From: Thermoanaerobaculia bacterium
Lineage (GTDB): Bacteria; Acidobacteriota; Thermoanaerobaculia; UBA5066
DNA length: 64,000 nucleotides
Direction: 5' to 3'
Assembly: GCA_038245905.1 (NCBI GenBank)
Contig: JBBRRY010000001.1
Coordinates: 224,001 to 288,000 of the forward strand
The notes under the pieces are model-generated. The model ran no database searches. It was not told where the DNA came from and saw only the letters and a list, made by a program, of their open reading frames with translations. This document shows, piece after piece, positions 30,749-42,633 of this stretch. Positions within the stretch are counted from its first letter, which is position 1; each line of letters begins with the position of its first letter. The translations under genes and the position numbers were made by a program.

Positions 30749-31525
30749 TCAGCGCCCGGTGAACTTCGCCGGGCGCTTCTCGAGGAAGGCGCCGACGCCT
30801 TCCTTCATGTCCTCCGTCGAGACGCAGAGGCCGAAGAGCGTGGCTTCGTAGTCCTCGGCCGCGGGGAAGGACATGTCGAGACCGTGGTTCACGGCGTCGA
30901 GGACGCACCCCACGGCGATCGGAGCGCGCGAGAGGATCTTCGCGAGAAGCGCACGCGAAGCCGGGATCAGCTCCGCCGGCTCGACGACTTTGTTCACGAG
31001 CCCGATGCGAAACGCTTCATCCGCCGACACGGCATCGCCCGTGAGCAGGATCTCGAGGGCGCGGCCCTTTCCCACCAGACGCGGGAGGCGCTGCGAGCCC
31101 GCGTAGCCCGGCATGACGCCGAGGTTCACTTCGGGCTGACCCAGCTTCGCGGTGTTCGAGGCGACGCGCAAGGTGCACGCCATTGCGAGCTCGCAGCCGC
31201 CGCCGAGGGCGAAGCCGTTCACGGCCGCGACCACGGGCTTGCCGAGGTTCTCGATACGGTCGAAGAGCGCCTGTCCCTTCTTCGCGAACGCGCGCGCTCC
31301 GGCTGGCGTGAACGTCGTGAAGATGCGTACGTCGGCGCCCGCCACGAATGCCTTTTCGCCGGCGCCCGTCAGGATCACGCCGCCCACCGCCTCGTCGTAC
31401 CGGGCGCTCTCGAAAGCAGCGGCGAGCGCGTCCATGACCTCGGGGTTCAACGCGTTGAGCTTGTCCGGACGGTTGATGGTGACCGTGAGGATGCGATCTG
31501 AGGTTTCGGTGAGAACGACGGACAT
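30749..31525 (-). CDS. enoyl-CoA hydratase (crotonase)
   Basis: INRPDKLNAL, AFVAGAD, ALGGGCELAMAC, GQPEVNLG. ATG 31525 fits the GAGGGAG RBS. Confidence 0.93.
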   Translation of the reverse strand: MSVVLTETSDRILTVTINRPDKLNALNPEVMDALAAAFESARYDEAVGGVILTGAGEKAFVAGADVRIFTTFTPAGARAFAKKGQALFDRIENLGKPVVAAVNGFALGGGCELAMACTLRVASNTAKLGQPEVNLGVMPGYAGSQRLPRLVGKGRALEILLTGDAVSADEAFRIGLVNKVVEPAELIPASRALLAKILSRAPIAVGCVLDAVNHGLDMSFPAAEDYEATLFGLCVSTEDMKEGVGAFLEKRPAKFTGR

Positions 31526-31543
31526 CTTGGGCACTCCCTCGTC

Positions 31544-32047
31544 TCAGGCGAACGGATTCTCGTCCGCGCTGGGGCCGTACATGCCGGGAACGGGCACGTC
31601 CAGGAGCCTGAGGTAGACGGACAACTGGCCCCGGTGATGCACCGAGTGGTTGAGGATCATGGTCCTGACGACGGCGAGACGCGGCATGGAGAAAACCGGG
31701 TTTCCGTTCATGGAGAGAGTCCAGAGCCCCATCGCCCGGGTGTCGTCGAGTGCGTTCAGCGCCGTCTTCGCATCGGCGATGGTCTTGTCGAACAGCGCGA
31801 CGAGACCGACCGCGGTCGGAGGAGCGGGCGGGACGCCGACCGTGTTCACGCCGACGTCGAACCCGTCGTCCTTCAGGGAACTCGACCAGCTCGGAAGCGT
31901 CGCGACATGGGTCGCGAGCTTTCCGAGAGTCATCGACTTCGCGTGCGGCGCCCATGCGTGCTTGTCGTCCGGCACGCGCTCCAGCATCTTCCGGGTCGAG
32001 GACGCCTCGCGGTCGAGCTCCATGATGTAAGGGTCGATCAGCCTCAT
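31544..32047 (-). CDS. DinB family protein
   Basis: PHAKSMTLGKLATHVA, NHSVHHRGQLSVYLR, YGPSADE. Confidence 0.9.
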   Translation of the reverse strand: MRLIDPYIMELDREASSTRKMLERVPDDKHAWAPHAKSMTLGKLATHVATLPSWSSSLKDDGFDVGVNTVGVPPAPPTAVGLVALFDKTIADAKTALNALDDTRAMGLWTLSMNGNPVFSMPRLAVVRTMILNHSVHHRGQLSVYLRLLDVPVPGMYGPSADENPFA

Positions 32048-32916
32048 CTCCGGTTTCCTTTCTCGTCGTACTCGAAGAATCCCCGCCCGGTCTTCCTGCC
32101 GTAGCGGCCCGCCAGCACCATTCGTTTGAGGAGCGGTGGCGGAGCGAACCGTGTTTCGCGGTACTCACCGAACATGATCTCCGCGATCGCATACACAGTG
32201 TCGAGCCCGACATAGTCGAGCAGCTCGAACGGGCCCATGGGATGGGCGCAGCCCAGCTTCATTCCCGCGTCGATGTCCTCGAGCGAGCCGACGCCCTGCT
32301 CGGCCGCGCGGATCGCGTCGAGAAGAAACGGCACGAGCAGCCGGTTCACGACGAAACCGGAGTTGTCACGGCAGGCAATCGGCGTTTTCCCGAGCGCGCG
32401 CGCGAACTCCGTCACACGCGTGATCGTGTCGTCGGACGTTTCGATCGCCCGAACCACCTCCACGAGCTTCATGACGGGCACCGGGTTGAAAAAGTGCAAC
32501 CCGGCGAAGCGGTCTGGCCGCTTCGTCCCCGCTGCCAGCTCCGCGATCGTGAGCGACGACGTGTTCGAGCAGAAGATGGCGTGAGGCGCGCACGACTTGT
32601 CGAGCACCTCGAATACCTCGCGCTTGGCGCCGAGATTCTCGACGATTGCTTCGATGACGAGATCGGAGGAAGAGATTTCTGCTAAGGAGGAAGAGAAGAT
32701 CAGACGCGAGAGGATCGCGGATTCGTCCTCTTCTCGCAGCTTGCCGCGTTCGATTGCCTTAGAAAGGGATTGCGTGATTCGCCTGCGCCCCTTCGCGAGC
32801 AATTCGTCGGTGGGTTCGCGCACGACGACCGAGTACCCCGCCTTCGCGCACACCTCGGCGATTCCGGAACCCATCAGGCCGGCGCCCAGGACCCCAACCG
32901 CACGGATTTCAACCAA
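32044..32916 (-). CDS. 3-hydroxybutyryl-CoA dehydrogenase
   Basis: GAGLMGSGIA, EAIVE, SNTSS, GLHFFNP, GFVVNR, PMGPFELLDYVGLD. Confidence 0.93.
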   Translation of the reverse strand: MVEIRAVGVLGAGLMGSGIAEVCAKAGYSVVVREPTDELLAKGRRRITQSLSKAIERGKLREEDESAILSRLIFSSSLAEISSSDLVIEAIVENLGAKREVFEVLDKSCAPHAIFCSNTSSLTIAELAAGTKRPDRFAGLHFFNPVPVMKLVEVVRAIETSDDTITRVTEFARALGKTPIACRDNSGFVVNRLLVPFLLDAIRAAEQGVGSLEDIDAGMKLGCAHPMGPFELLDYVGLDTVYAIAEIMFGEYRETRFAPPPLLKRMVLAGRYGRKTGRGFFEYDEKGNRR

Positions 32917-32992
32917 CGGCCAGTCCCTGCCTTTCCCTCTTAGCCATTCAAAGAAGTCTTCTTTTTCTCTTCGTGCTCTTCGAACATCACAT

Positions 32993-34177
32993 TCACGAGA
33001 GCGCCTCCACGACGAGCGCGATCCCCTGCCCGCCGCCGATGCAGGCCGACGCGATGCCCCAGCGCTTGCCCCGGCGGCGCAGCTCCTTGAGAAGCGTGAG
33101 CGTCAGCCGCGCGCCGCTCGCCCCGAGCGGATGCCCGAGGGCGATCGCGCCGCCGTTCACGTTCAGCTTCGAAGGGTTCACGCCGAGCTCTTTCACGACG
33201 CCGAGGATCTGCCCCGCGAACGCCTCGTTGATCTCGAAGAGGTCCATGTCCGAGAGCGACTTCCCCGCCTTCGCGAGCGCCGCACGGCAGGCCGAGACCG
33301 GTCCGAGGCCCATCTCGGCGGGATCGCAACCCGTGACCGCTTCGGACACGAGGCGCCCGAGCGGGACGATTCCCTTGGCACGGGCCCTCTCCTCCGTGGT
33401 GACGACCGCGGCCACGGCCCCGTCCACGATGCCCGACGCGTTCCCCGCCGTCACCATCCCGTCTTTCCCGAAGGCGGGCGACAGCCTCGCGAGCCCCTCC
33501 AGCGTCGAGTCCGGCGTCAGGTGGTCGTCTTCCGTCACGGAGACGGACTTCCGGCCCTTCTTCGCGTCGACCGGGACGATCTCCTCGGCGAGTCGTCCTT
33601 CCGCCCGGGCGGCGGCGGCCTTCTGCTGGCTTTCGAGGGCGAACGCATCCTGCTCCGCGCGCGAGATTCCAAGGCGGCGCGCGATGTTGTCCGAGGTCTG
33701 CGCCATGGCGACGCCCGGAACGGTGTCGAAGAGGCCGCTCATCAGCGAGTCCTCGAGCTTTCCCTGCCCGAGCCGGAGCCCGGTTCGCGCGCCGCGGATC
33801 ACGAACGGGGACTGACTCATGTTCTCGGTGCCGCCCGCGAGGACCGCGTCCGTCTCCCCGAGCAAAATGCGGTGCTTCGCCTGGATAATCGCCTCGAAGC
33901 CGGAACCGCAGAGGCGATTCACCGTGAGCGCGGGGACTTCCTTCGGCACTCCCGATCGGAGGCCGACGTGGCGGGCGAGATAGATCGCGTCGGGAGAGGT
34001 CTGAAGCACGTTACCGAAGATCACGTGCCCGATCTCCCCGGGTTCGAACCGCGCGCGCCGCAGGGCCTCGACGGAGGCGGCGACGGCGAGGTCGGTGGCG
34101 GTCATGTCCGCGAAAAGGCCGTTGTAATCGGCCATCGGCGTGCGGACTCCTTCGGCAAAGACGATTGCGATGGTCAT
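32993..34177 (-). CDS. acetyl-CoA C-acyltransferase (thiolase)
   Basis: NRLCGSG, NEAFA, GHPLGASG, CIGGGQG. Confidence 0.95.
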   Translation of the reverse strand: MTIAIVFAEGVRTPMADYNGLFADMTATDLAVAASVEALRRARFEPGEIGHVIFGNVLQTSPDAIYLARHVGLRSGVPKEVPALTVNRLCGSGFEAIIQAKHRILLGETDAVLAGGTENMSQSPFVIRGARTGLRLGQGKLEDSLMSGLFDTVPGVAMAQTSDNIARRLGISRAEQDAFALESQQKAAAARAEGRLAEEIVPVDAKKGRKSVSVTEDDHLTPDSTLEGLARLSPAFGKDGMVTAGNASGIVDGAVAAVVTTEERARAKGIVPLGRLVSEAVTGCDPAEMGLGPVSACRAALAKAGKSLSDMDLFEINEAFAGQILGVVKELGVNPSKLNVNGGAIALGHPLGASGARLTLTLLKELRRRGKRWGIASACIGGGQGIALVVEALS

Positions 34178-34782
34178 GGCTTCTCCAGCGCTTCCTGCGC
34201 GCCCGTGAGGCGGGCCCGGAGCGGTTCGAGCGTCTTCATGTTCGCGCGGACGGAATCGGGCTCTCTCTGCTTCGACTCGCGGCGAATCCGCTCCGCCTCG
34301 GCCTCGAACTGCGCCGTCTGCTCGGCAAGAAGTTTCCGGGACCCCTCGTCCGCCGCGTCTCCCCGCCGGGCCTTCAGGTCGGCCAGAGTCTTCTCAAGGA
34401 AGGCCAGCGCCGACGCATTGAGCCGCGCTGTCATCGCGGCGGCGTCCGCTTCGAGCACGCGCTCTTTCACCCAGAGAAACTCCTCCACGTTCACGCCGCG
34501 GGCGCGGGCGGCGGCCACGTCGGCGGGCACCGTCGTGAGCGGATCGCCCGACGGAGTGGGCCGGACGCCGCGGAGGTCCAGACGCACACGATCCAGGATC
34601 GACAGGTAGTTCTCTACCTGCGCCGCAGTCACCCGTCCATCGGCCGGAGGCCGGTACACGTCGCGCGTTTCGGCCCGGGAGAGCGGCGCGCTCGTGGGAA
34701 TCCCCGGTCCGGCGTCCTTCGGGCCGCAGCCCGCGCAAACGGTCGCGAGGACCGCCACGACCCTGAAGAGGCGGTACCGCAT
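34174..34782 (-). CDS. hypothetical lipoprotein
   Basis: Lipobox-like VCAG-C after a hydrophobic signal; ATGA overlap with the thiolase. Confidence 0.7.
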   Translation of the reverse strand: MRYRLFRVVAVLATVCAGCGPKDAGPGIPTSAPLSRAETRDVYRPPADGRVTAAQVENYLSILDRVRLDLRGVRPTPSGDPLTTVPADVAAARARGVNVEEFLWVKERVLEADAAAMTARLNASALAFLEKTLADLKARRGDAADEGSRKLLAEQTAQFEAEAERIRRESKQREPDSVRANMKTLEPLRARLTGAQEALEKP

Positions 34783-34820
34783 CCCCGAATGATAGCCGCG
34801 TGGTACGATTTTTTGGTTCC

Positions 34821-36587
34821 ATGCTGACGCAGGTCGGGAAGTACCAGATCGTCGAGAAGATCGGCGTGGGCGGGTTTGGCACCGTCTACAAGGGGCGGGA
34901 TCCGTTCATCAAGCGAAACGTCGCGATCAAGACCTGCCAGAGCGAGGAAGAGGAAATCAAGAAGCGCTTCTTTCGCGAAGCCGAGTTCGCCGGAAACCTC
35001 CATCACCGCAACATCACGACGATCTACGACTTCGGCGTCACCGACGACGGCACGCCCTACATCGTCCAGGAGTTCCTGACCGGCGACGACCTCGACAAGG
35101 CGATCAAGCAGAAGGAGCCGCTCACGCTCGCGCGGAAGCTCCAGATCCTCGTCGACGTGTGCGAGGGCCTCGGCTACGCGCATGCGGCCGGCATCATCCA
35201 CCGCGACATCAAGCCGTCGAACATCAGGATCCTCGAGGACGGCACCGTCAAGATCATGGATTTCGGCATCGCGAAGTCCATGGTCTCGCAGTCGACGCTC
35301 ACGCAAACCGGCATCACGCTGGGCACGGCATCCTACCTGGCACCGGAGCAGATCCGCGGCGAGGATCTCGACCGGCGAACGGACATTTTCTCCCTTGGCG
35401 TGCTCGCCTACGAGATCGTGACCGGGCAGAAGCCGTTCACGGGCGACCACATTTCCACGGTCCTCTACAAGATCATGAACGAGACGCCAGCGCCGCCGAG
35501 CTCGCTCGACCCGGCGCTGCCCCGCGGTCTCGACGCCATGGTCCTCAAGGCTCTCGAAAAGGACCGAACGAAGCGCTTCGCCTCCTGCAACGAGTTGCGC
35601 GCCGAATGCCTGACGCTTCTCCAGACCGTCCCGGACGTGCCGGCATTCCAGATGCCGCCGGAAAACGACATGGACAAGACGCTCGCGACGCCCTCCGCCG
35701 GATTTCCGGTGTCGACCTCGGTTTCGCTCGGCACGACTCCGACGGCCAGGTCCTCCCGCGTCCTCGACACGCCCCTCGGTCCGTCCGCGACCGCACGGGC
35801 AACCGCCGGAGGCCTCGCGGACGTCCACCTCCGCAAGGACACCGGTTCGGCGGACCATCGAACCTCGCGCGAAGAGGGCGGATCGGCTCTGAAGGTGTTC
35901 CTTGCGGCGATCGTGCTCGTGGTGGTGGCAGGGGGCACCTGGTTCGTCGCCCAGAACAGGCGCTCCGGAGCCCCCGTGACACCCACTCCCATTCCGCCGC
36001 CGCGGGCCTCGACGACGAGCGCCGAACCGGCCATGGTTCCTCCCGCGACGGCGGCTCCCGGGTCAGCGGGCCCGGCCGTCTCGGCCGAGCCCGCTCCCCC
36101 GCCGCCAGCCGAGCCGACGGCCGCGCCTGTCAAGGTCAAGGAAGTCGCCACGTCGGCGCCGATCACGTTCAAGTCGAACATCTACGCCGAGCTTTCGATC
36201 AACGGGAAGCGCCAAAGCGCGAACCTTCCGAGAGCGACCACCGTCACGCTCAAGCCCGGGCGGTATTCCGCCCTTTTCGACGCGCCGGGGTTCATGAAGA
36301 TCCCGAAGGAATTCGAGGTCGCGGCCGAGCCGAAGGCGCTCACCATCTTCGCCGAGTTCCCCGGGCGCGGCCTCGTGACCATGACCGTTCTTCCCGTCGG
36401 GGCCGAGATCCGCGTGGACGGCCTCCTGATCGGGAAGTCGAAGGGCGGAGAAGTGGAGAGGACTCTTCGTTCAGGCCAGCACGAGATCAGCGTGAGCCTA
36501 GCCGGCTACAGGACGTTCACGAGGACGGTCGACCTCGAGGACGGGGTCAAGTTCGCGATCCCCCGTATCGAGTTGAAGAAGGAATAG
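34821..36587 (+). CDS. Hanks-type Ser/Thr protein kinase with TM and C-terminal PEGA-like domain
   Basis: IGVGGFGTVY, VAIK, HRDIKPSN, DFG, YLAPE, one TM, Pro/Ala linker, GAEIRVDG..GQHEISVSLAGY. Confidence 0.93.
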   Translation: MLTQVGKYQIVEKIGVGGFGTVYKGRDPFIKRNVAIKTCQSEEEEIKKRFFREAEFAGNLHHRNITTIYDFGVTDDGTPYIVQEFLTGDDLDKAIKQKEPLTLARKLQILVDVCEGLGYAHAAGIIHRDIKPSNIRILEDGTVKIMDFGIAKSMVSQSTLTQTGITLGTASYLAPEQIRGEDLDRRTDIFSLGVLAYEIVTGQKPFTGDHISTVLYKIMNETPAPPSSLDPALPRGLDAMVLKALEKDRTKRFASCNELRAECLTLLQTVPDVPAFQMPPENDMDKTLATPSAGFPVSTSVSLGTTPTARSSRVLDTPLGPSATARATAGGLADVHLRKDTGSADHRTSREEGGSALKVFLAAIVLVVVAGGTWFVAQNRRSGAPVTPTPIPPPRASTTSAEPAMVPPATAAPGSAGPAVSAEPAPPPPAEPTAAPVKVKEVATSAPITFKSNIYAELSINGKRQSANLPRATTVTLKPGRYSALFDAPGFMKIPKEFEVAAEPKALTIFAEFPGRGLVTMTVLPVGAEIRVDGLLIGKSKGGEVERTLRSGQHEISVSLAGYRTFTRTVDLEDGVKFAIPRIELKKE

Positions 36588-36600
36588 CTAGAATCGCGCC

Positions 36601-38304
36601 GTGAAACGCGCGCTCTCCCTCGTCGTCCTCGTCGCCGCGGTTCTCGCCTTTGCCGGGGCTGCCGTCGCGCAGGAAGGCTCCGAGTCCCTGGAGAAGGAAG
36701 CCCGCAAGGCCGTCAACGCCGGCCAGTTCCGCAAGGCGGCGCTCAAGTTCGAGAGCGCCGCGTCCGCGGCGAGCGATCCGCAGCGACGTTCGCGCATGCT
36801 CGTGCAGACCGGCTGGGCCCACTTCAACGACGGAAAGAAGTCCGACGCGCAGGATGCCTTGAGGCGCGCGTTCACGGGAAGCCCCGACCTCGAAATCGTC
36901 GCGGACTTTTTTTCGCCTGACTTCGTGAAGCTCGCCGGCGAGGTCCGCAGCTCGGCCGTCGCGGCGATGCCACCACCCGCGGCCGACATCGGAGAATTGA
37001 AGCGCGTCGCGAAGGAGAAGCTCGCGGACGGCAACACCGAAGACGTCATCCACGACCTCCTCTACAACGTGCCGCGCGAGAAGCTCGATGCCGAGGCAAT
37101 CGATCTCCTCGCCCAGGCGTACGAGAAGCAGGGCAAATTCACGGAGGCAGCCCGCGTGCGGGCCACGGGCGCCGAGACCCAAAAGGGCGGGGCCTCGTCC
37201 CCCTCGGCGTCCGCGTCATCGCCGGTCGCTCCCGCGTCTCCCGCCGCTCCCGTCTCTCCTGTCGCTTCCGTGGCCGCAAAGGCCGGTCCGACTCCGGCCG
37301 ACTACCTGGCTCTCGGCCGCGCGGCATTCGCGCGCGGCGACGCCCTGAACGCGCAGTCGGCCGCAAACCGGATTCTCGAGATCGATCCGCAGTCGAGCGA
37401 CGCCTACCGCCTCCTGGGAAACGCCTACACGCTGCGGGGCGAGAAGGCCATCGCGAAAGCGAATCTCGAGCAATCGCTCTTGAAGAACGAGAAGAACGAG
37501 GGAACGCTCCTCGACCTCTACGAGCTTTCGATGGGCGACAAGAACTGGGATGGCGCGCTGGACGCGCTCCGGCGGGCGACCGAGGTGAATCCCGAGAACG
37601 GAGCGAAGCTCGTGGCCCTCGGGCGCAAGGCCCGCGCGGAAAGCGACCTCGTCCTCGCGCGACAGGTCTTCGCGACGGCTGCCGCGGCAACGCCGAAGGA
37701 CGTCTCCGTCCTGACGGAGTACGCGAGCATTCTCCTCCAGGCGAAGGACCTCGACGCCGCCCTCGAGCCCCTCATGAAGGCGGCGGCCGTCGAGCCGGAC
37801 CGCGAGATCGTGCGTGCGAACCTCGCGTCGACGCTCCGCCGCAAGGGCCTCTGGAAGGATGCGGAGAAGGAGTACCGCGAGGCGATCCGGGCGGATCCCA
37901 ACTACGCCCCCGCCCTGCGTGGTCTCGGGACTCTCCTCCTCGAGCTCGGACAGACCACTCAGGCGATCGAGCCGCTCAAGAAGGCCGTACTTCGCGACCC
38001 CACGAACGTCGAGAGCGCGTGGGCGCTCGCGCGCGCGCAGCGCCAAACGGGCGCGCTGAAGGATGCCGCCGAGAGTCTCGCCGCCTCTGCCGCCCTCGAC
38101 AAGGCGCCACTCGACGACGAGGCCGGGACCGTCGCCTACGAGCGCGGGCGTTACGAGGAGGCCGTCGGGTTCTTCGACCGCGCGCTCGCGAAGGAGCCAG
38201 CCTCCCCCGTTTTCAAGGCGAACCGCGACCGTGCGGCGGCGGCCGCGCGCTTCATGGCGTCCGTGTCTGTCTCGACGCCGGCGCCGGCGTCTGTCCCGCG
38301 CTGA
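36601..38304 (+). CDS. secreted tetratricopeptide-repeat protein
   Basis: Signal peptide followed by multiple TPR-like repeats (e.g. AEKEYREAIRADPNYAPALRGLG). Confidence 0.85.
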   Translation: MKRALSLVVLVAAVLAFAGAAVAQEGSESLEKEARKAVNAGQFRKAALKFESAASAASDPQRRSRMLVQTGWAHFNDGKKSDAQDALRRAFTGSPDLEIVADFFSPDFVKLAGEVRSSAVAAMPPPAADIGELKRVAKEKLADGNTEDVIHDLLYNVPREKLDAEAIDLLAQAYEKQGKFTEAARVRATGAETQKGGASSPSASASSPVAPASPAAPVSPVASVAAKAGPTPADYLALGRAAFARGDALNAQSAANRILEIDPQSSDAYRLLGNAYTLRGEKAIAKANLEQSLLKNEKNEGTLLDLYELSMGDKNWDGALDALRRATEVNPENGAKLVALGRKARAESDLVLARQVFATAAAATPKDVSVLTEYASILLQAKDLDAALEPLMKAAAVEPDREIVRANLASTLRRKGLWKDAEKEYREAIRADPNYAPALRGLGTLLLELGQTTQAIEPLKKAVLRDPTNVESAWALARAQRQTGALKDAAESLAASAALDKAPLDDEAGTVAYERGRYEEAVGFFDRALAKEPASPVFKANRDRAAAAARFMASVSVSTPAPASVPR

Positions 38305-38314
38305 GCCGACTTGA

Positions 38315-38940
38315 CTAGGGCCCGCCCGGTTCCCCGCTCATCACCGTCAGGAAATCCGCGAGGATGCGCGCCGTCGCGCCCCAGATCGCGTGGCCCTTGG
38401 TGTGGTAGACGAGCGTCATCACGTCCTTGCCCTTCCACTTCACCGGACGCTCTTCGACCATCATGGGATCGAGCAGGCTCGAGAGCGGCACCTCGATGAT
38501 CTCCTCGACCTCGCCCGCCTGCGGCGCGAACGTGATCGGATACGGGATCGCCCCAACGAACGGCGCGACCTCGAACTCGGTGACCGTGACGAGCCGCGGC
38601 AGCGCTCCCAGAATCCTCACGACCTTTCGAGGGACCCCGATCTCTTCCTCGGTCTCCCGAACCGCCGTCTCCCAGAGGTTCGCATCGGCCGCGAGCTTGC
38701 CGCCTCCCGGGAACGAGATCTGGCCCTTGTGATGCTCGACCAGATCCGTCCGTTTCGTGAAGAGCGTCCAGAGCGCCTTCTCGCGAACATAGAGCGGGAT
38801 CAGGACGGCCGCCGGGCGCAGCGCCACCGGCCCTTCGCCCTCCAGCCGCTCCGGCACGAGCGGCCGCTCCGGCCAGCTTCGTGCGAAACGCTGCCGGAGG
38901 TCCTCCATCCAGGGGCTGTAGGCCCCTTCTTTCAGCTCCG

Positions 38941-38944
<4 letters not shown>
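38315..38944 (-). CDS. Nudix hydrolase, CoA pyrophosphatase type
   Basis: AAVLIPL, HHKGQISFPGG, AVRETEEEIG, IWGATARIL. Confidence 0.92.
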
Positions 38945-40086
<1,142 letters not shown>

Positions 40087-40090
<4 letters not shown>

Positions 40091-41649
40091 GTGGGACTTC
40101 CTCCAGGGCGTTTCCGGGGTTCGAGAACCCGCGCATGGAGGATACCGGCCAGAAGCCCTGCCGCGCAAACCCAGAGGGCGGCATCTCCCGCGGCGACGGC
40201 CGGCGGCGGCGGCCCGGGCCGGAAGACTGGCGCCGAGAACGCGCCCTTGCGTCCCGCGGACAGCGTCACGAGCGCGCGGCCGTCGGGGCCGACCGCGCCG
40301 CTGATCCCGGTGATGGCCGCACGCACGAGCGGCCTTCCCGTCTCGACGGCGCGCAAGACGGCGGCCTGCCAGTGCTGGCGCTGCGCGCCCGCGCGCCCGT
40401 ACCACGCGTCGTTCGTGAGCGTGAAGAGAACGTCGGCTCCCGCCCGCGTCTCGGCACGCGCGATCCACGGGTAGACGACCTCGTAGCAGACGGCGCCACC
40501 GAGCTTCCAGTCGCCGAGCGTGAGGAGGACCGTACCCGCACCCGGCGTGAACCCGCCCGGCACCGCGCGGCTGATCGGCCTGATCCTCCGCAGGACCGGT
40601 GCCAGCGGCACGTACTCGCCGAAGGGGACGAGGCGCTGCTTGAAGTACGGCGGGAGGATCGGCCCGGCCTTCGTGACGAGGAGCGCCGCATTGTAGTAAG
40701 GCGCGTCCTCGGACCACGGGGCGTCGGACCAGGCCGTGCTCACGAGGATCGCGACATCCAGCTCACGGCAGAGCTCGATGACGCGCTCGCGATAGGGCGG
40801 GTTGAAAGACCACGAATAGGGCGACGCGCTCTCGGGCCAGAGGATGAGGACGGGCCGGTCTGCACGGCAGAGGGCCCGCGTCTGGTCCTCGAGATCGCGC
40901 TGGATGCGCTCGGCCGTCCCCCTGTCCCACCGGATGTCCTGCTCGACGTTCGGCTGAACGACCCCGACCTTCAGGACCTCACGCGACTCGGGCGTGCGCC
41001 GCGGTCCGGCGGCGCCCGCCGCGAGCGCACACACACACGCCCCGGCGAGCCAGCTGAGGCGCGCGTTGCGCGTCGCGCGCGTCAGCGCGACGAAAAGCGC
41101 CGCGTTGAGCGCCGCGAGGAGAAAGGATGTGAGGAGGACGCCGCCAAGCGCGGCCGTTCCGAGGAGGGCAGGGACGTCCGCGAGCGGGTTCGCGAGGAGA
41201 TTCCACGGAAAGCCGCCGAAGATGAACACGTACGTCCGCGAGGACTCCTGGGCGACCCACGCGGCACCGAACGTCGCCACGACGCCGGGACCCGAGCGCG
41301 GAGCGACGACCGCGTAGAGCGATGCCATGAGGCCGAACGGGATCGCCATGAGGCCCGCCGAGATCGCGAGGGCGAGGCCCGCGAGCGGCCACCCGACGCC
41401 GCCGAAGCGGTGAACCGTGTAGGCGATCCACGGGATCGTGACGAGCCAGAACGCGCAACCGAAGACGAAGCCAGGGAGGAAGGCCCGCCGCCACGTCAGC
41501 CCGTCGAGCGCGAAGAGCAGCGGAATCAGGGCGATCGGGAGGAGCGGCAGGATCGAGAAGCTCGGAAAGCACAGCGCCAGGAGGACTCCGCCGCAGCAGG
41601 CCCAGAGCAATCGGGGGATTTTCTTAGAAGGTAGGAGAGCCAGCAACAT
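40087..41649 (-). CDS. lnt: apolipoprotein N-acyltransferase
   Basis: GGFPW, VVQPNV, WPES, KQRLVPFGEY, VCYE, TNDAWY, RAAITGIS. Confidence 0.95.
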
Positions 41650-41733
41650 TCACCTTCGAAGAAGCCGGGCCTCGGCCCCCGAGCGAGAGATGACGTACCT
41701 CCGCGTGTCCTCCGGCGGCAGACGAAAGCAAAA

Positions 41734-42633
41734 TCAATCTCTCTTCGGCGCGAACTCTTCCGCCCGGTAGCTCGAGCGCACGAAGGGTCCCGAGAACACC
41801 GCCTGAAATCCCATCTCCATCCCCCGCTCTTGAAGCTTCACGAAGCGATCGGGCGTCGCGTATTCCACGACCGCCAGGTTCCACGCGGACGGGCGGAGGT
41901 ACTGCCCCACGGTCACGACGCCGACGCCGGCCGCATGCAGCGCGCGGAAGACATCGAGCACCTCGTCGTCGCGCTCGCCGAGGCCCAGCATGAGCCCTGA
42001 TTTCGTCGTCATCGCGGGATGCCGTTCCTTCACGCGGGTGAGAAGGTCTACCGATCTCCGAAATACGGACTTCGGGCGAACGGCGTCATAGAGGCGGGGA
42101 ACGGTCTCCACGTTGTGGTTGTAGACGTCGGGGCCGGAGTCGGCCACACGGTCGATCTGGTCTGCGACGCCCTGGAAGTCGGGCGTCAGCGCCTCGACCG
42201 TGCGTGCGCCATCGTCTTCCTTCAGCGCCTGGACGACGGCCGCCCAGTGCGCCGAGCCTCCATCCGGGAGGTCGTCGCGGTCGACGGACGTGACGACGAC
42301 GTGCCGGATTCCCATCTCGTCGGCGGCCCGGACGAGCCGCGCGGGTTCCTCCGGGTCGAGCGAAGCGGGCCGTCCGGACGTGATGTGGCAAAAACCGCAG
42401 GCACGGGTGCAGACATCGCCCGCGATGAGAAACGTGGCTGTCTTCCTCTCGAAGCACTCCGTCCGGTTCGGGCAACGCGCCTCCTCGCAGACCGTCGAGA
42501 GACTGCCGCGCCGCATGCGCGACTTCATCTCGTGCAGGTCGTGGAGGCGAAGCTTCTTCTCCTGAATCCACGGGGGCAGGCCGGGCTCGCCGCGGACCGG
42601 GAGAGCACGGAGCCGAGGGATCAAGGGGATCAA
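41734..42633 (-). CDS. lipA: lipoyl synthase
   Basis: CEEARCPNRTEC, CTRACGFC, RSSY. Confidence 0.96.
   Translation of the reverse strand: MIPLIPRLRALPVRGEPGLPPWIQEKKLRLHDLHEMKSRMRRGSLSTVCEEARCPNRTECFERKTATFLIAGDVCTRACGFCHITSGRPASLDPEEPARLVRAADEMGIRHVVVTSVDRDDLPDGGSAHWAAVVQALKEDDGARTVEALTPDFQGVADQIDRVADSGPDVYNHNVETVPRLYDAVRPKSVFRRSVDLLTRVKERHPAMTTKSGLMLGLGERDDEVLDVFRALHAAGVGVVTVGQYLRPSAWNLAVVEYATPDRFVKLQERGMEMGFQAVFSGPFVRSSYRAEEFAPKRD

Noticed and set aside
35970-37280. Pro/Ala/Ser-rich repetitive stretches in the kinase and TPR genes (also in the SPOR gene)
   Set aside because: Ordinary low-complexity protein linkers.
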